Assembly: GCA_016748015.1 (NCBI GenBank)
Contig: JAAOMT010000096.1
Coordinates: 329,087 to 393,086 of the forward strand
Length of the DNA: 64,000 bases
Source: Geosiphon pyriformis uo1
Taxonomy: Eukaryota > Fungi > Glomeromycota
Direction of reading: 5' to 3'
The notes under the pieces: generated by a model
The model's input: only the letters and a program-made list of their open reading frames with translations
Told to the model about the DNA's origin: nothing
The model's database searches: none
Translations under genes and position numbers: made by a program
In this document: in pieces, positions 61,886 through 64,000 of the stretch
How the letters are laid out: the number at the start of each line of letters is the position of its first letter
Position numbering within the stretch: position 1 is the stretch's first letter

Positions 61886-64000
61886 TATCTCCTTTGGTTA
61901 CTCCATTCAGTTTTTGGTAATCCACACAAAAATGGATTTTTCTATTTTTCTTATAGACTAATACCACTGGTAATGACCATGGGCTCATTAATAGCTAAAT
62001 TAGCCTATTGTTAAGCATTCGGTTGATTTCTTGACAAATGATTTCATGGCTAGCTGGTAGTACTCTGTATGCTCTTTGTTTAATTGGCATTGTATCTCCA
62101 GTCTTGATTTAATGTTAAATGATGTTAGTTCTGCCAAATTCATTCTTACTTGCAAAGATGTCATTATAGTTGTTGAGTAACATCTTAAGCTGTATACATT
62201 GTAATGAGTCTAAATTCTCCAAGTTTATCTGTTCTAATTGTTCTGGTTGGAGCAGATAACATTCTTCTTGTCCATATATGGTTTGAGATGTAATATCTAC
62301 ATATTTACACAGTTGTGAAAAATCTGGAATGGTGTTTGGAAGTTGGTCTTCAAGTTTTGTGGTCAAGTATCCAATGGTAGTTCCTTTTAATATTTTAATG
62401 ATATCTTCCATGTTGTTGTAAATGAGAATTTTGATGTGTCTGTGGTTTTTGGCTGGTATGTGTAGATTAACTAATCCAATCTTTCCTAATTCACAAAGTG
62501 TTGTTTCTGTTTCAAAAATCTGAATCTGATCCTTTACTTTTTTTTTATGACTACCATGTATTAGTTATATGGTGGAATAGAAATTGATTGGCAGATAAAG
62601 ATAATTTCTCTCTTGTCAACAATTTTTTCTTCTACCATATTAACTGGTATATCTATTCTATCCATTGATCCGAATCTTTGTATCTCTCTTGTTGTTATCC
62701 CTAACTCTTTTCTGTTTTCTACTAATATTAATTAAGCTATTTTAACCAGAGGCAAAAATATTGCCTGTGCTATCTTTTTGTTTGGTTTTATGATATAGGT
62801 TATTTTTAAGTCATTTTGTAGCATAGCAATGATATTTTTTATATATCCTGCATCAATTATTTTACCTTTGATGCTGATTTTTTTTTTCATTAAACTACTT
62901 CTTGATGCTAATTAAATTATTGTTGTTACTGGAATTTTCAGTACTATTTTAAGATCAATACAGGTATGCAAGTGTGGTTCCAATTTGATGGCATTTTTTC
63001 TCGGATATCTCAAATCAAATTCTGTATTAATATTATGTACATGTTCTGACATGATACTTTTGTCATTATTGCTAAACCATTTAAATTTCTGTTCCTTAAT
63101 GAGATTAGGAAGCATAATATATTGTTTAGGGTTTGAATTGGAGTTTAAATTATTGTAATTTTCATTGCCATATTGGGTAGAACTGGAACCATTGTTTTTG
63201 TCATTGTCATTGTTGGAGTTTGAATCAAGATTGAAGGTTGATTCCAATATGCAGCTGCTGATTGGTTTGTCTTTCTCTGGAATTGTGTAGATCATGCATG
63301 GTAGTGGATTGTAAATGAAATCACACTCATTACAATATTGAAAATCACATGAGATCAAACAGTGGTCACATAGTCAGGTGTTGATTTCTTCCAAGTGTTG
63401 TTCCTGCTTCTTTCTTGTTGGTGCCAAATTCTGGTAATGCTTATGAAATTCCTTTGGATCTGTCTCAATATTCAAGAAGATGTCTAAATTGGAGATAAAA
63501 ATGATGTCAACTGGTTCTAGAGGGTTGTTTTTTATTTCCAGAATCTCACTGGACAAAGTGCCTTCTATTTTGGCATTGGCCATTCACCAGATCTTGTCTT
63601 TGTTATGTGGATAACTGTTTAAGCAAGAGATTGCTTAATGCCAAGTGGCAGTAACAGGTGTTTCACAACTTACCCAGTCACTGATAAAAATCATATACTA
63701 ATATAAAGTGTCACAGGTTTCTCCTCAACCAGGAATTTCATTCCACATTCCTTTGTTAAGTAACCATTTGCCACAAGTAAGACATGACTCATTGTTCTAC
63801 TTTCCTTGTTTTTTTGAATAGCCATAGCATTTTCTATGACATGGTTTATAGTAGTAGTGGGTTCTTGTCCAATAGTCTTCATCAGATGTAATCCAAGCTC
63901 CCATAAAGAAAAGTTTCTTTTTACAATCCTTGTATTTGAGGAGTATATATGGTGGCACTTTTATTAGTTCATGTAAGTATTCTTTTTTCCAGCCACTAGT
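61886..64000 (-). mobile_element. Ty3/Gypsy pol fragment: Cys-rich region, dUTPase, start of RT (continues off the right edge)
   Basis: RT start SPWSLPVVLVYKKNRKIHFCVDYQKLN at about 61900-61985. dUTPase motifs at about 62656-63050. Confidence 0.88.
62656..63050 (-). pseudogene. Retrotransposon-borne trimeric dUTPase domain
   Basis: Five motifs in order: TEFDL (AGFDL), ASRSS, KIIDAGY, KIAQAIF, REIQRFGSMDR (RGxxGFGSTG). Confidence 0.88.

Overview
Eukaryotic, very AT-rich window dominated by transposons. Protein style and element types suggest an early-diverging fungus (Glomeromycotina/Mucoromycota, Geosiphon-like); this is my inference, not a database result. It contains five copies or fragments of APE-RT-RNaseH-type LINEs. 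It contains three Ty3/Gypsy elements: one full-length copy with paired LTRs, PBS, a -1 frameshift site and an extra 3' ORF, and two copies carrying a dUTPase. There are also three solo LTRs, a decayed Tc1/mariner, and many tandem repeats. The only convincing host gene is a four-exon, double HMG-box (HMGB-like) gene at 25311-27347 (-), inside a CpG-retaining island. The strongest signal is mutational. The retroelements carry almost pure C>T/G>A damage (about 50 transitions to 1 transversion between two sister LTRs by hand count). The damage is graded from mild to near-total loss of G and C with domain order preserved, and the genic island is spared. This resembles a RIP-like or methylation-driven genome defence.
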